Shown: positions 18,622 to 27,330 of the stretch, in pieces
How the letters are laid out: each line of letters starts with the position of its first letter
Numbering within the stretch: position 1 is the stretch's first letter
From: Pasteurella multocida
GTDB taxonomy: Bacteria; Pseudomonadota; Gammaproteobacteria; Enterobacterales; Pasteurellaceae
DNA: 32,000 bases
Reading direction: 5' to 3'
Assembly (NCBI RefSeq): GCF_900187275.1
Contig: NZ_LT906458.1
Span: 420,001 to 452,000, forward strand
Notes under the pieces: model-generated
What the model was told of the DNA's origin: nothing
Databases searched by the model: none
What the model saw: only the letters and a program-made list of their open reading frames with translations
Position numbers and translations under genes: made by a program

Positions 18622-19122
18622 TTAACCTTTAAAAAATAAGTGTAAATCCTGAGCAGGAATTAAGCCCTCGAATTTATAAAGGATTTTGCCCTCGGGGTCA
18701 ATAACGAAAGAGGTGGGGGTGCCTACTAATTGGTAGCGTTCAGCCGTGATCTTTAATTGATCTTTCACTACCAAAAGGGAAATTTCTCTTTTTTTTACAA
18801 GCGCTTGTGTATCTGCTTTGTCTCCATCAACGTTAATCGCAATAATATGTAAATTATTTTGTGGGTAAGACTGGAGAAGTTGTTCAAAGGTTTTTAATTC
18901 TGCAATACATACGCCACAGGTTTCTGACCAGAAATTGAGGAGAATGGTTTTTCCTTTCCCTTCATTTAAAGAACGTTGTGTGCCCGCTAAATCAAAAACG
19001 GCAATTTCGGGGGCTTGCTTACCAATGATCGCGATGTCTTCTTTACATCCAATACAACTTAGAACGATTGTGCAAAGAAGCAATGGCTTAAAAAGTGCGG
19101 TTAACAATACGCTTGTTTTCAT
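18622..19122 (-). CDS. Thioredoxin-fold (TlpA/ResA/redoxin-like) thiol:disulfide oxidoreductase lipoprotein
   Basis: Signal peptide [22 protein letters not shown]|C with a lipobox. The WSETCGVC CXXC motif and a redoxin-like fold pattern follow. The start is ATG 19122 (alternative 19149). Either start overlaps the 3' end of the ATPase gene. Confidence 0.8.
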   Translation of the reverse strand: MKTSVLLTALFKPLLLCTIVLSCIGCKEDIAIIGKQAPEIAVFDLAGTQRSLNEGKGKTILLNFWSETCGVCIAELKTFEQLLQSYPQNNLHIIAINVDGDKADTQALVKKREISLLVVKDQLKITAERYQLVGTPTSFVIDPEGKILYKFEGLIPAQDLHLFFKG

Positions 19123-19783
19123 TTGAGGCTTCTCGTAGGAATTTACCATGCTGTAAGAAAATAGTGCGGTCGGCCAGTTTACTTAGCTCAGGATTATGGG
19201 TGACCATCACGACTGTACGTCCTTGTTGGTTTAATGCGACGAGTAAATCGAGCACCAGTTGCTCATTTTTTTCATCTAGGTTTCCTGTCGGCTCATCGGC
19301 AAAAATCACCGGCGGCTGATTAACTAAGGCGCGCGCAATACACACACGTTGTTGTTCTCCGCCAGACAGTTGGCTTGGTCTGTGGTCGAAACGATGCGCC
19401 AGACCGACTTGTTGTAACACCGCCTTGGCTGCATCTTCATCAATTACACTGTGATAATGTTGTGCTAACATGACGTTTTCCAAGGCAGTTAAATAAGGGA
19501 TTAAGTGGAATTGCTGAAAGACCAGACCAATCTTCTCCGCCCGGAATCGTTGTCTGCCGATTTCATCAAGTTGTGCGGCATCGACACCGTCTAGGATCAC
19601 TTTTCCTTCACTGGCAGTGTCTAAACCAGTGAGAATATTCATTAACGTCGTTTTGCCTGAACCTGAGGCACCCATGATTGCAACAAATTCGCCTTCTTTA
19701 ATTTGAATGTTGATGTCTTCAAGTGCGGTCACTTGACCGAATCTTTTGTATAAATGTTGTGTTTCAATCACATAATTTGGCAT
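19088..19783 (-). CDS. ABC transporter ATP-binding protein (LolD/MacB-NBD-like)
   Basis: Walker [11 protein letters not shown]-loop, signature LSGGEQQRV, Walker [15 protein letters not shown] 19783 with GGAAA upstream gives [16 protein letters not shown]. Confidence 0.92.
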   Translation of the reverse strand: MPNYVIETQHLYKRFGQVTALEDINIQIKEGEFVAIMGASGSGKTTLMNILTGLDTASEGKVILDGVDAAQLDEIGRQRFRAEKIGLVFQQFHLIPYLTALENVMLAQHYHSVIDEDAAKAVLQQVGLAHRFDHRPSQLSGGEQQRVCIARALVNQPPVIFADEPTGNLDEKNEQLVLDLLVALNQQGRTVVMVTHNPELSKLADRTIFLQHGKFLREASNENKRIVNRTF

Positions 19784-19831
19784 TTTTTCATTTCCTTTTT
19801 TAAATCCGCAAAACAAGCTAATGAATTGACC

Positions 19832-20971
19832 TTATTCGCCTTTTAATACATTGGCAGTTTGGATCGCTAATGCTCGACGTGTTGGGATGATCACGGCAAT
19901 AAATGCCACCAGTAAGGATAACAATATCGTAATTGGGATAACGGGTAAACGCATATCAATATAGGCTTTAAATACAGTGAGTCCAAGAACTTGTGCCAAT
20001 AAATAACCAATCACTAAACCCGTGAAAATAGCACAAATCGCAATAATGAAGGCTTCTGTGCCGATTTGCTGGATAATATCTTGCTTTTTTGCTCCCAAAG
20101 CTTTTTGTAGTGCAAATTCTTTTGCTCTTTCTCCCACAATGGCGATCAATGTGGTGTTTACACAAAGGGTTGCTAGGATCAGGATTACCACAGAAATTAA
20201 GCCCATTAAGCCTTTTATTTTCTCTAAGATTTGCCCCTCTGACGCAGACACCTTACGAATCGGGCGAATTTCTAAATCGGGATATGTTTGTTGCAGTGAG
20301 GTGGCAAATTGTTCCACTTGTCCTTGATCATTTTTGACATTGAGTAAAGCATTAGTGGCTTGCCCTTCTTTTTCTAGCCAATGTTGCGCAAATTCTAAAT
20401 TTACAATCAACATATTATCAGTGGCATCGCCGGCTTCAATGATGGCTTTGATATGGAAACGATGTTTTTCCACCGCATTTTTACTTAAAGTAATGCTATC
20501 GCCAACATTGAGTTGTAAGCGTTCTGCTAGGGTTTTGCCAATCATCGCATTTCGATCATCAAAATTGACGCCAATTTGCGATCCTGTGACTTGCCAATAA
20601 GGAGAAAGGGTTTTCATGTCTTCAAACCACACACCCATAATCACAATTTTTTCCAATTCACTGCGTGTGACACCATACAAATAAGGGCTTGCTGCGGTGA
20701 CTAAGCCGGCTGGTGCTTGGGCTAAAATTTGTTGCAGTTGCTGTTCTTGGATCAGTCCGCGGCTATTTGAGCCAATATAAAAATTGGCACCAAAGGTACG
20801 TAGCTCTTGGCTCATTTTGGTATTGATATCAAAATAGACAGCGGCCATTGCTGTGACAATACTGGCGCCAACAGTGAGTGCGGCAAAAATAATCAAGACG
20901 CGTTGTAAACGTAAGCGTAAGGCACGAAAAACTAAACGCCAGAACATGGACTTGGGTTTATTGGCGACCAT
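19832..20971 (-). CDS. FtsX/MacB-type ABC permease (second subunit)
   Basis: TM1, then a periplasmic domain of about 200 aa, then three C-terminal TM helices with the FALQKALGAKK amphipathic motif. ATG 20971 (GAGG 8 nt upstream) overlaps the upstream gene by 14 nt. Confidence 0.85.
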   Translation of the reverse strand: MVANKPKSMFWRLVFRALRLRLQRVLIIFAALTVGASIVTAMAAVYFDINTKMSQELRTFGANFYIGSNSRGLIQEQQLQQILAQAPAGLVTAASPYLYGVTRSELEKIVIMGVWFEDMKTLSPYWQVTGSQIGVNFDDRNAMIGKTLAERLQLNVGDSITLSKNAVEKHRFHIKAIIEAGDATDNMLIVNLEFAQHWLEKEGQATNALLNVKNDQGQVEQFATSLQQTYPDLEIRPIRKVSASEGQILEKIKGLMGLISVVILILATLCVNTTLIAIVGERAKEFALQKALGAKKQDIIQQIGTEAFIIAICAIFTGLVIGYLLAQVLGLTVFKAYIDMRLPVIPITILLSLLVAFIAVIIPTRRALAIQTANVLKGE

Positions 20972-22280
20972 ACAGCACCTCAACAGGGTAGAGATTGGCA
21001 ATCCGATGTGCCGGGAACCAGGTACCAATTAAGGCAATCAAGATAGAGAGCACTAATACACAAGGCACCACTATCCAGGTAAAATCTAAAGGGAGACCAA
21101 AAAGTGTAATACCAATAAATTTTGCTAGTCCCCAACCCGCTAAACATCCTAATATACCACCAAATAATGCGCTAATAGTGGCTTCACAGTAAAAGAGCAG
21201 GACAATCTGCCATTGGTATGCCCCCAACGCTTTCATCAAACCGATCTCTTTACTTCGTTCAATAATTGTACTGGTCATCAAGGAGGCTATCCCCATTGCC
21301 GCAGCAATCACTGCCGCTACGGTGACCACCGCCAATAATAATTGGATTTTTTCAATCACTACGCCTTCAGAGGCCGCGACTTGCCAGATAGGGCGAACAA
21401 TTGCGCCTGAAATCGCCTCTTCTAATTGATGAGCAATAGAGGATACATAAGCCGTACAGTACCAACGATCATATTCTTCAGCATCTAGTCCTTCAACATT
21501 GGCGCGTGCTTTGCGCGAAAGTTCATTTTCTGGCACGGTTAAAGCGGACACTTTAATGGCTTGGATTTTACCTTCGAGTCCAAGTAATTGTTGTACCGCA
21601 CTTAACGGTAGCACCAGTTGTTGTTCTTCGCTGCCACCAGTGGCAAGTATCCCTTTGATTTCTACTGTAAGCTGTTGTTGAAATTCCTCGTCTTGGTAAG
21701 CAAGATGAATCTGTTCACCGGGCTGGAGCGACCAGGTTTTGGCAAGTTGTTCTCCGGCTAAGGCAGGCACGATTGTGCTAAATTGATCCTGTAAATCATT
21801 GACCCACTCACCTTGTACTTTCCAATATGGACTGATAATCTTTTGTCCCGTATGGTAATCTGCTTCATCAGGAATGGCGATCTGACGATCAAAAAATGTG
21901 CCTAAAATCTGAATCGGTTGTAGTGTATTCTGATTAGCTTTTTGTGCTTGTACGTTCGCACTTAGTAACGGCGCAAAGCCGACAATGTTATTTCGCCAAA
22001 AAATGTTTTTTACATTAGGTAATTCTTTTTCATCAAGAAAGTCTTGGCTAGTTAATGAACTGGTGCCATTCACATCCTCGGGTAAAATCGCACGGCTAGC
22101 GGGTTCAATTAAAATATTGGCACCATAGGATTTTAATTCGCGCGCCATTTTGTCACCGATATCAATGGAAACCGCGAGGAGTGCGGAGACTAAACCTGCG
22201 GCAAGAAAAAGAGTTATGATTGCGAGAAGTTTGCGTTTTAAACCAAAGCGCCAAGATTGATATAACATTCTGGCTAACAT
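20958..22280 (-). CDS. FtsX/MacB-type ABC permease (first subunit)
   Basis: The architecture is the same, with a periplasmic domain of about 270 aa and a C-terminal FtsX module (IGLMKALGAYQWQI). Its ATG overlaps the stop of the upstream gene by 1 nt (TAATG). Confidence 0.85.
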   Translation of the reverse strand: MLARMLYQSWRFGLKRKLLAIITLFLAAGLVSALLAVSIDIGDKMARELKSYGANILIEPASRAILPEDVNGTSSLTSQDFLDEKELPNVKNIFWRNNIVGFAPLLSANVQAQKANQNTLQPIQILGTFFDRQIAIPDEADYHTGQKIISPYWKVQGEWVNDLQDQFSTIVPALAGEQLAKTWSLQPGEQIHLAYQDEEFQQQLTVEIKGILATGGSEEQQLVLPLSAVQQLLGLEGKIQAIKVSALTVPENELSRKARANVEGLDAEEYDRWYCTAYVSSIAHQLEEAISGAIVRPIWQVAASEGVVIEKIQLLLAVVTVAAVIAAAMGIASLMTSTIIERSKEIGLMKALGAYQWQIVLLFYCEATISALFGGILGCLAGWGLAKFIGITLFGLPLDFTWIVVPCVLVLSILIALIGTWFPAHRIANLYPVEVLYGRQ

Positions 22281-23677
22281 TACTTGCCTCCTTCTGCATT
22301 GAGGTAATTTTCTGGGGCATCTCGGAATAAATGAAGATTTTTTTCCGTAGCAAAGAAATACGTTTTGCCTTCGTAACTGTATTTGTGCTCAGTACGGGTA
22401 TTCTTCAGCTGACTGTGATCCACAGGATCGATCACGTCAATCTCAACGACAGTTGAAAAATAATGTAAGCCGTCTTCTAAGCTTTTTTTGTGAATAATCA
22501 CCTGAGTGTCCGTTTGTTGCCAATTTTCAATCGGAACAGGATTACAACCACCGGGTTTACCGATAGACGGAATAAACATTCTGACACCGCAACCTACGCA
22601 AATCACTTGATCGCCTTCCATGACATAACCCTGATCGCCACAAAGAATACAGGCATCAAAGACCGCGGCTAGACTTAAACGGTCAGGCAGGCGGTTAATT
22701 AAAAAAAAGCGTACTGCTTTTCCGTCATCTGCTATCCATACAAAGCGATGTAATTTGCCGTCTTTTACTTGTTCGATAGGGATATAAACTTGGTTCTTGT
22801 CATCCATATGTACAGGGATGGCTTCGGATAAGCGAGGCGGTTGAGAAGCCACTTTATCCCAGTAAAGTTGTGCCGTGAAAATGAACAATACGCAAACGCC
22901 TCCCCATTGTAAGAGACGGGATGACGTCAGTAGCGTGGCACGTTTTTTGCGTTTTTCAATTGGGTGTGTTTCTTGTTCTACGGCATGTTGACGAGCTAAA
23001 TGGACGCGGAACCAGAAACTCAGCATGATAATCAGTAAAATAGCACTTTGGAGATAATTAAAGAAATTGGTGAGGTTGCCAGCTTTCGCAACAAAGCTAA
23101 GCCTTGCTTTGGTTAAGTCGAGCAGTTGGAGTTTCATTAAACTTAACAGCAGCTCAGCGCTCTGTGGTATCAGTAATAAAATCACTATCAGGTAAGTGAG
23201 GAGAGGAGCAAGTGCGGTCAGTTTGTGTTGAATTTTACTTTGTTGTAATAAAAGACTGAGCCAGCTTGCGACAAAAATGGCAAGTAAAATCGCTAAGATG
23301 ATCGCACTGCTGTGTAAGATAAAATCGGTATTGATGACGTCGGTGTGTGTGATAGCGGACAGATTGGGATCTTTACCCCATAAAAGTCCTGCGATAAAGC
23401 TTAACAGGACGTGCCAAAAAGAGGTTAATGTTTTGTTATGCCAATATTGGCTGAGACAGAATAAAAGTAGGCTAGTGATAATCCACGCACTGAGCACTAA
23501 ATTAATGCGCTGGCTTTTTGGTAAATAGATGCTCAGAATTGCCCCAGCTACGAAACAAAGTAGCGCTAGCCACAGGCGTGATTTCATGTTCACTTGCGGA
23601 TGGTAGGACCACGCACAGCCAAGCAAGAGGGCAAAAGGCAGAAGCGTTTGCAGTAAAGACGTAAAAAAGTAATTCAT
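22280..23677 (-). CDS. Polytopic membrane protein with a C-terminal Cys-rich (DUF2318-like) domain and a Cys-less YHS-like tail
   Basis: About 7-8 N-terminal TM segments are followed by KRKKR, a last TM, and then a soluble region of about 190 aa. That region contains CILC-X13-CVGC-X14-C and ends in DPVDHSQL...YEGKTYFFATEKNLHLFRDAPENYL. The tail resembles the YHS pattern DPVCGM...G.tYyFCS..C...F...P..Y with the Cys positions replaced. Confidence 0.75.
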   Translation of the reverse strand: MNYFFTSLLQTLLPFALLLGCAWSYHPQVNMKSRLWLALLCFVAGAILSIYLPKSQRINLVLSAWIITSLLLFCLSQYWHNKTLTSFWHVLLSFIAGLLWGKDPNLSAITHTDVINTDFILHSSAIILAILLAIFVASWLSLLLQQSKIQHKLTALAPLLTYLIVILLLIPQSAELLLSLMKLQLLDLTKARLSFVAKAGNLTNFFNYLQSAILLIIMLSFWFRVHLARQHAVEQETHPIEKRKKRATLLTSSRLLQWGGVCVLFIFTAQLYWDKVASQPPRLSEAIPVHMDDKNQVYIPIEQVKDGKLHRFVWIADDGKAVRFFLINRLPDRLSLAAVFDACILCGDQGYVMEGDQVICVGCGVRMFIPSIGKPGGCNPVPIENWQQTDTQVIIHKKSLEDGLHYFSTVVEIDVIDPVDHSQLKNTRTEHKYSYEGKTYFFATEKNLHLFRDAPENYLNAEGGK

Positions 23678-23716
23678 AAGTTGTCCGCAATGCTGTGATA
23701 GTTGATTAGATACGAT

Positions 23717-23834
23717 AAGGCATAACTTTTGTTTGCCTTAAAATGCTACTATTTCCAATCGCACTTTGTCAGAAAAGCCACGATTGGAAATAGTGTATCG
23801 AAAATTGGTGTAAAGGTGCGTTTTTACGCACCTT
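23717..23834 (-). other. Three stem-loops in the 165-nt gap between the P19 gene and the downstream membrane-protein gene
   Basis: AAGGTGCG (23813-23820) pairs with CGCACCTT (23827-23834). CTATTTCCAATCG (23749-23761) pairs with CGATTGGAAATAG (23781-23793) as 13-bp perfect arms. AAGGCA (23717-23722) pairs with TGCCTT (23734-23739). Confidence 0.5.
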
Positions 23835-23842
23835 AAAGCGAC

Positions 23843-24364
23843 TTAGTTCAAGCCGGTATATTTGAATTCATAACTGACATCAAATGGTTTCCACCAACGA
23901 CCCACACCAGTTTCTTCATCGGTATGACGGTGCATCCCCGCTTTTGGTGGCGGCTCAATATGGTAAGTTAATTTATAGTTGCCTACGCCCATCATTTTGA
24001 TATTTAAGCCATAGTGTGGACCATCAGCCGCAACCATCGGCATAAAGGTACCTTCTTGTTTCTCACCAGTATCAGTATTGACTAAAGTATAGTTAATGGT
24101 GAGATATGGCATCCATTCTCCTTCACCAAAACCATTCACGTTACCTTTAATCGCATGAATATCTGCTTCTAAGTGAATATCAGATTTGGCTGCTGGCAGC
24201 CCCATACCACGCGGTTCCATGTCAACGGGCTGCAAATATACGGCTGCAATTTCCATACCGTTCATTTCAATAGGCTCACCAATTGGATATTCTTTAAATG
24301 CCAGCGCGGATGGTGCAGCTAAAATGCTGGCGAGTAAAGTGGTGGCTAAGAGTACTTTTTTCAT
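23843..24364 (-). CDS. fetP: Periplasmic P19/FetP/Tp34-family iron (copper-assisted) binding protein
   Basis: Signal peptide ending ALA|F. The mature protein of about 150 aa carries the family's conserved blocks (MEIAAVYLQPVDMEP, DIHLEADIHA, GFGEGEWMPYL, FMPMVAADGPHYG, YHIEPP). GAGGAG lies 8 nt upstream. It sits directly after the FTR1 permease gene. Confidence 0.88.
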   Translation of the reverse strand: MKKVLLATTLLASILAAPSALAFKEYPIGEPIEMNGMEIAAVYLQPVDMEPRGMGLPAAKSDIHLEADIHAIKGNVNGFGEGEWMPYLTINYTLVNTDTGEKQEGTFMPMVAADGPHYGLNIKMMGVGNYKLTYHIEPPPKAGMHRHTDEETGVGRWWKPFDVSYEFKYTGLN

Positions 24365-24403
24365 ACTTAATCTCCTCTGACTATTTAAGTATAGATTGTG
24401 AAA

Positions 24404-26308
24404 CTAAACTGCTTTGCGGTTCTGATATTTCATATAGAACAGGGCAAAAAGGGCTGCAATAAGTAATATCACTTGTGGTATCAAGGTTTCTAGGTAAGGA
24501 TAAATACCTAACCAACTGATCTCGGGTGCACCCACAATTAAAGTTGGTTCAAAAAGTTTACCTTCAATTAACTCTAATACGCTCTTGCCGGCAAAAACAA
24601 AGGCCATCAGATACATAAAGGTGCCAGTAAACATAAAGAAGGGTTTTAATGGCAGCTTCACCACGGTATAGCGCATAATCAAATAACAGACGGTGAGAAT
24701 GACTATGCCCACTACCAACCCTGCGAAAAGGTAGAGATAACTGACCGCACTTGTGGCATCAGCAACCAACGCGTAGTAGAACAATACAGTTTCCGCCCCT
24801 TCACGATAGACAGCGAGAAAACTGGTGAGCCATAGCCCAATCAATGAACCCGTTGTGAGTGCGCTAGACAATTTGCCTTCTAAATAACGTTGCCAATTTT
24901 GCGCTTCTACTTTGGATAATAGCCAGTAGCTCATCATAAATAACATCACTACAGCGATCATCATTGTAAAACCCTCTAGCAGCTCTCGACTGGCGCCTGC
25001 ATTAGCAAACACGAATTGAAAAATCACGGCGGTAATCAGGCTAGCGATCAAGGCAACATAGACAGATTGGCGAATAACGGGGAGCTTATCTTGATGTTGG
25101 TTTTTGATCAGATAAGTCACAATCGCAGCAACAATGAGCAAGGCTTCTAACCCTTCACGTAGAATAATTAACAGGCTATAAAGGAACATTGACCAATGAC
25201 TTTGTTTTCCTCCTTGTAACATCTCGACACTTTTGCTTAAGCCTTGAGCGAGCTGATTTGCTTGTTGTTGTAGTTGATCGGAGGAGGCATTGGCTTTGAT
25301 CAAACTTACTAAACGGGTGAAATAGCCTTCGAGTTCAGCTTTCATATTGCTGTCCCGTGCGCCTATTTTGTTTTCCATCCCACTGCTTTCGAAGACATCA
25401 AAATAGGTATCTTGTACAGCAAGCATTGCTTTTTTCTGTTCACCTTGTTGATATAAGTTCATCGCTTGTTGAATGCGTTGATTAATCTCATTCGTTACTT
25501 TCTGCCAGTCTTGATCGGGCGTATTGTCTGTTGAGTTGACTTGTGCTTGCACCACTTGTGTTTCACGCGTAGTCGGAAGATTTGGTAGCTGTTCTTCAAT
25601 CTCTTGTAACAACAACGTGATTTGGTAGCCTAAGTTATTGAGCTGATCCGGTTTTTCGCTAAGACGAATGAGATCATAAAATTGTTGATTAATGCTAGCT
25701 GAAATGGAGGCAGAACGATTTTGACGAATAGCCATTTCCATTTCAGCATTTTTAAAACCATCGTATTGTGCTTGCTGAACCCATTTTTTCGCTTGAGCAA
25801 ATTCGCCCTGTTCATAAGCACTGATCGCTTGGGCAAGCAGATCATCAATAATTTTAAAACTTTGTTGCCAGTGTTGGGCAATAGTTTGATTGCTATACAC
25901 GTCATGTTGGGCAGAGGCATTGAGTTGGTGTCCGTCCGTTAATACAGGTAATACTTCTTGCAGTTCGGATTTGAGACCATTGATTTTTGTTTGTATTGCT
26001 TCTAATGAAACACCTTCACCAATCATTTTGCGAATTTCAGCAAACGTCGCTTCCATTTGGTAACTTTTTTGTGCTGAGAAATTAATACGAATCGGACCTT
26101 CTAAGTTCTCGAACACTTCAAAATACGCCATTTGCACTTCCGTACGTGCTTCGTCAGCTTGACCTTGTTGATATAGATGCGCCGTTTTGTCTAAACGATG
26201 TTCAATGTCTTGAATCCACTCGGCATAATTGTCTTTAGCTTGTGTGAAGGCACAGAAAAACACGCTGAAAATGAGCACTAAATATCGAAGTTGTTTAACG
26301 TAAAACAT
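24404..26308 (-). CDS. fetM: FTR1-family iron permease with a large N-terminal periplasmic domain (FetM/cFtr1-like)
   Basis: Signal peptide MFYVKQLRYLVLIFSVFFCAFTQA|K. A helical periplasmic domain of about 350 aa is followed by seven TM segments carrying two REXXE motifs (ILREGLEALL and VYREGAETVL). ATG 26308 is preferred over TTG 26320. Confidence 0.88.
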   Translation of the reverse strand: MFYVKQLRYLVLIFSVFFCAFTQAKDNYAEWIQDIEHRLDKTAHLYQQGQADEARTEVQMAYFEVFENLEGPIRINFSAQKSYQMEATFAEIRKMIGEGVSLEAIQTKINGLKSELQEVLPVLTDGHQLNASAQHDVYSNQTIAQHWQQSFKIIDDLLAQAISAYEQGEFAQAKKWVQQAQYDGFKNAEMEMAIRQNRSASISASINQQFYDLIRLSEKPDQLNNLGYQITLLLQEIEEQLPNLPTTRETQVVQAQVNSTDNTPDQDWQKVTNEINQRIQQAMNLYQQGEQKKAMLAVQDTYFDVFESSGMENKIGARDSNMKAELEGYFTRLVSLIKANASSDQLQQQANQLAQGLSKSVEMLQGGKQSHWSMFLYSLLIILREGLEALLIVAAIVTYLIKNQHQDKLPVIRQSVYVALIASLITAVIFQFVFANAGASRELLEGFTMMIAVVMLFMMSYWLLSKVEAQNWQRYLEGKLSSALTTGSLIGLWLTSFLAVYREGAETVLFYYALVADATSAVSYLYLFAGLVVGIVILTVCYLIMRYTVVKLPLKPFFMFTGTFMYLMAFVFAGKSVLELIEGKLFEPTLIVGAPEISWLGIYPYLETLIPQVILLIAALFALFYMKYQNRKAV

Positions 26309-26318
26309 ACACTCACCC

Positions 26319-26356
26319 AAATGATAGTGATTATTATATTCGTTAGTATGATTATC
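26319..26356 (-). promoter_or_regulatory. Candidate Fur-box-overlapped promoter of the fetM operon
   Basis: The minus strand reads GATAATCATACTAACGAATATAATAATCACTATCATT. GATAATCAT and AATAATCACTATCATT both resemble the Fur consensus GATAATGATAATCATTATC. They flank and overlap a perfect TATAAT (complement of 26333-26338) 24 nt upstream of the ATG. The -35 is poor. Confidence 0.55.
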
Positions 26357-26473
26357 CTCTTATCGTTTTTTTTCGCAACAAGAAATCCTGCTTTGATGAT
26401 AAAAATGTGATAAAAAGCACAAATTTTATTACAAATATGCAGGGTATTTTTCAAAGTCGTTGGGGTAATGGAA

Positions 26474-26495
26474 TACTGTGATGTGAGTCACGAAA
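26474..26495. promoter_or_regulatory. Candidate CRP binding site upstream of pepE
   Basis: TACTGTGATGTGAGTCACGAAA contains TGTGA-N6-TCACG, which matches 9 of the 10 core positions of TGTGA-N6-TCACA. If CATAAT (26533-26538) is the -10, the site is centred near -61.5, a class I position. Confidence 0.45.
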
Positions 26496-26574
26496 TCAAC
26501 AATGCCAGCTGTTTATTTAGGGCGGTGCATTGCATAATGAGAGAAATATGACCATGAGTTCAGTGAGGAAAACG

Positions 26575-27279
26575 ATGAAAAACATGTTATTAATGAGCGG
26601 TTCGAAATATCAAAATACAGACTATTTAGTGCATACGTTGCCTTGGCTACAGGATTTTTTGGCAGACTATCAAGGGAAAACCGTTGCTTTTGTACCTTAT
26701 GCTGGAGTTCGTCAAAGTTATGATGAGTACGAATTAAAAGTCCAAAAAGCATTAGCTGAATTAAATGTGGCGATTCTTTCGGTTCACCGTGCAGAAAAAC
26801 ATGCAGAAATCATTGAAAAAGCGGATGTTATTGCGATTGGGGGAGGTAATACGTTTTGTTTATTAAAAGGCATGTATGAACATCATTTATTGCCATTGAT
26901 TCGCGAAAAAGTTCAGTCGGGTACACCGTATTTTGGTTGGAGTGCGGGGGCAAATGTGGCAGGTCGCTCTATTATGACCACCAATGATATGCCGATTACT
27001 TATCCGCCATCTTTTGACGCTTTAAATTTATTTCCACACCAACTAAATCCGCATTTTATTTCGGGCAAACCTGCTGGGCATAATGGAGAAAGTCGCGAAG
27101 AACGCTTAGCGGAATTCTTAATTGTCAACCCAACTGCCAACGTCTATGCCTTGCCAGAAGGAACCGCACTGCATATTCAAGGTCAGCAAGCGCGTGTATT
27201 GGGTCAACATGATGTGTTATTGTTCAGTGAAAATATGCAATTAGCGACCTTGCCGGTGAATAGCGTATTTGATTATTAA
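26575..27279 (+). CDS. pepE: Peptidase E (alpha-aspartyl dipeptidase, family S51)
   Basis: [10 protein letters not shown]..., [16 protein letters not shown] (Ser nucleophile), [19 protein letters not shown] and GESREERL are colinear with E. coli PepE. ATG 26575 has GAGGAA 6 nt upstream. The track start TTG 26530 is over-extended. Confidence 0.88.
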   Translation: MKNMLLMSGSKYQNTDYLVHTLPWLQDFLADYQGKTVAFVPYAGVRQSYDEYELKVQKALAELNVAILSVHRAEKHAEIIEKADVIAIGGGNTFCLLKGMYEHHLLPLIREKVQSGTPYFGWSAGANVAGRSIMTTNDMPITYPPSFDALNLFPHQLNPHFISGKPAGHNGESREERLAEFLIVNPTANVYALPEGTALHIQGQQARVLGQHDVLLFSENMQLATLPVNSVFDY

Positions 27280-27284
27280 TCTCG

Positions 27285-27330
27285 CTTTCTGGTCTTTTTG
27301 TGAACTTTGTTTGGTGAAAAGATCAGAAAG
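27285..27330 (+). other. Long stem-loop between pepE and yfeX
   Basis: CTTTCTGGTCTTTT (27285-27298) pairs with AAAAGATCAGAAAG (27317-27330), giving 14 bp with one G-U pair and an 18-nt loop. No U-run follows. Confidence 0.45.
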
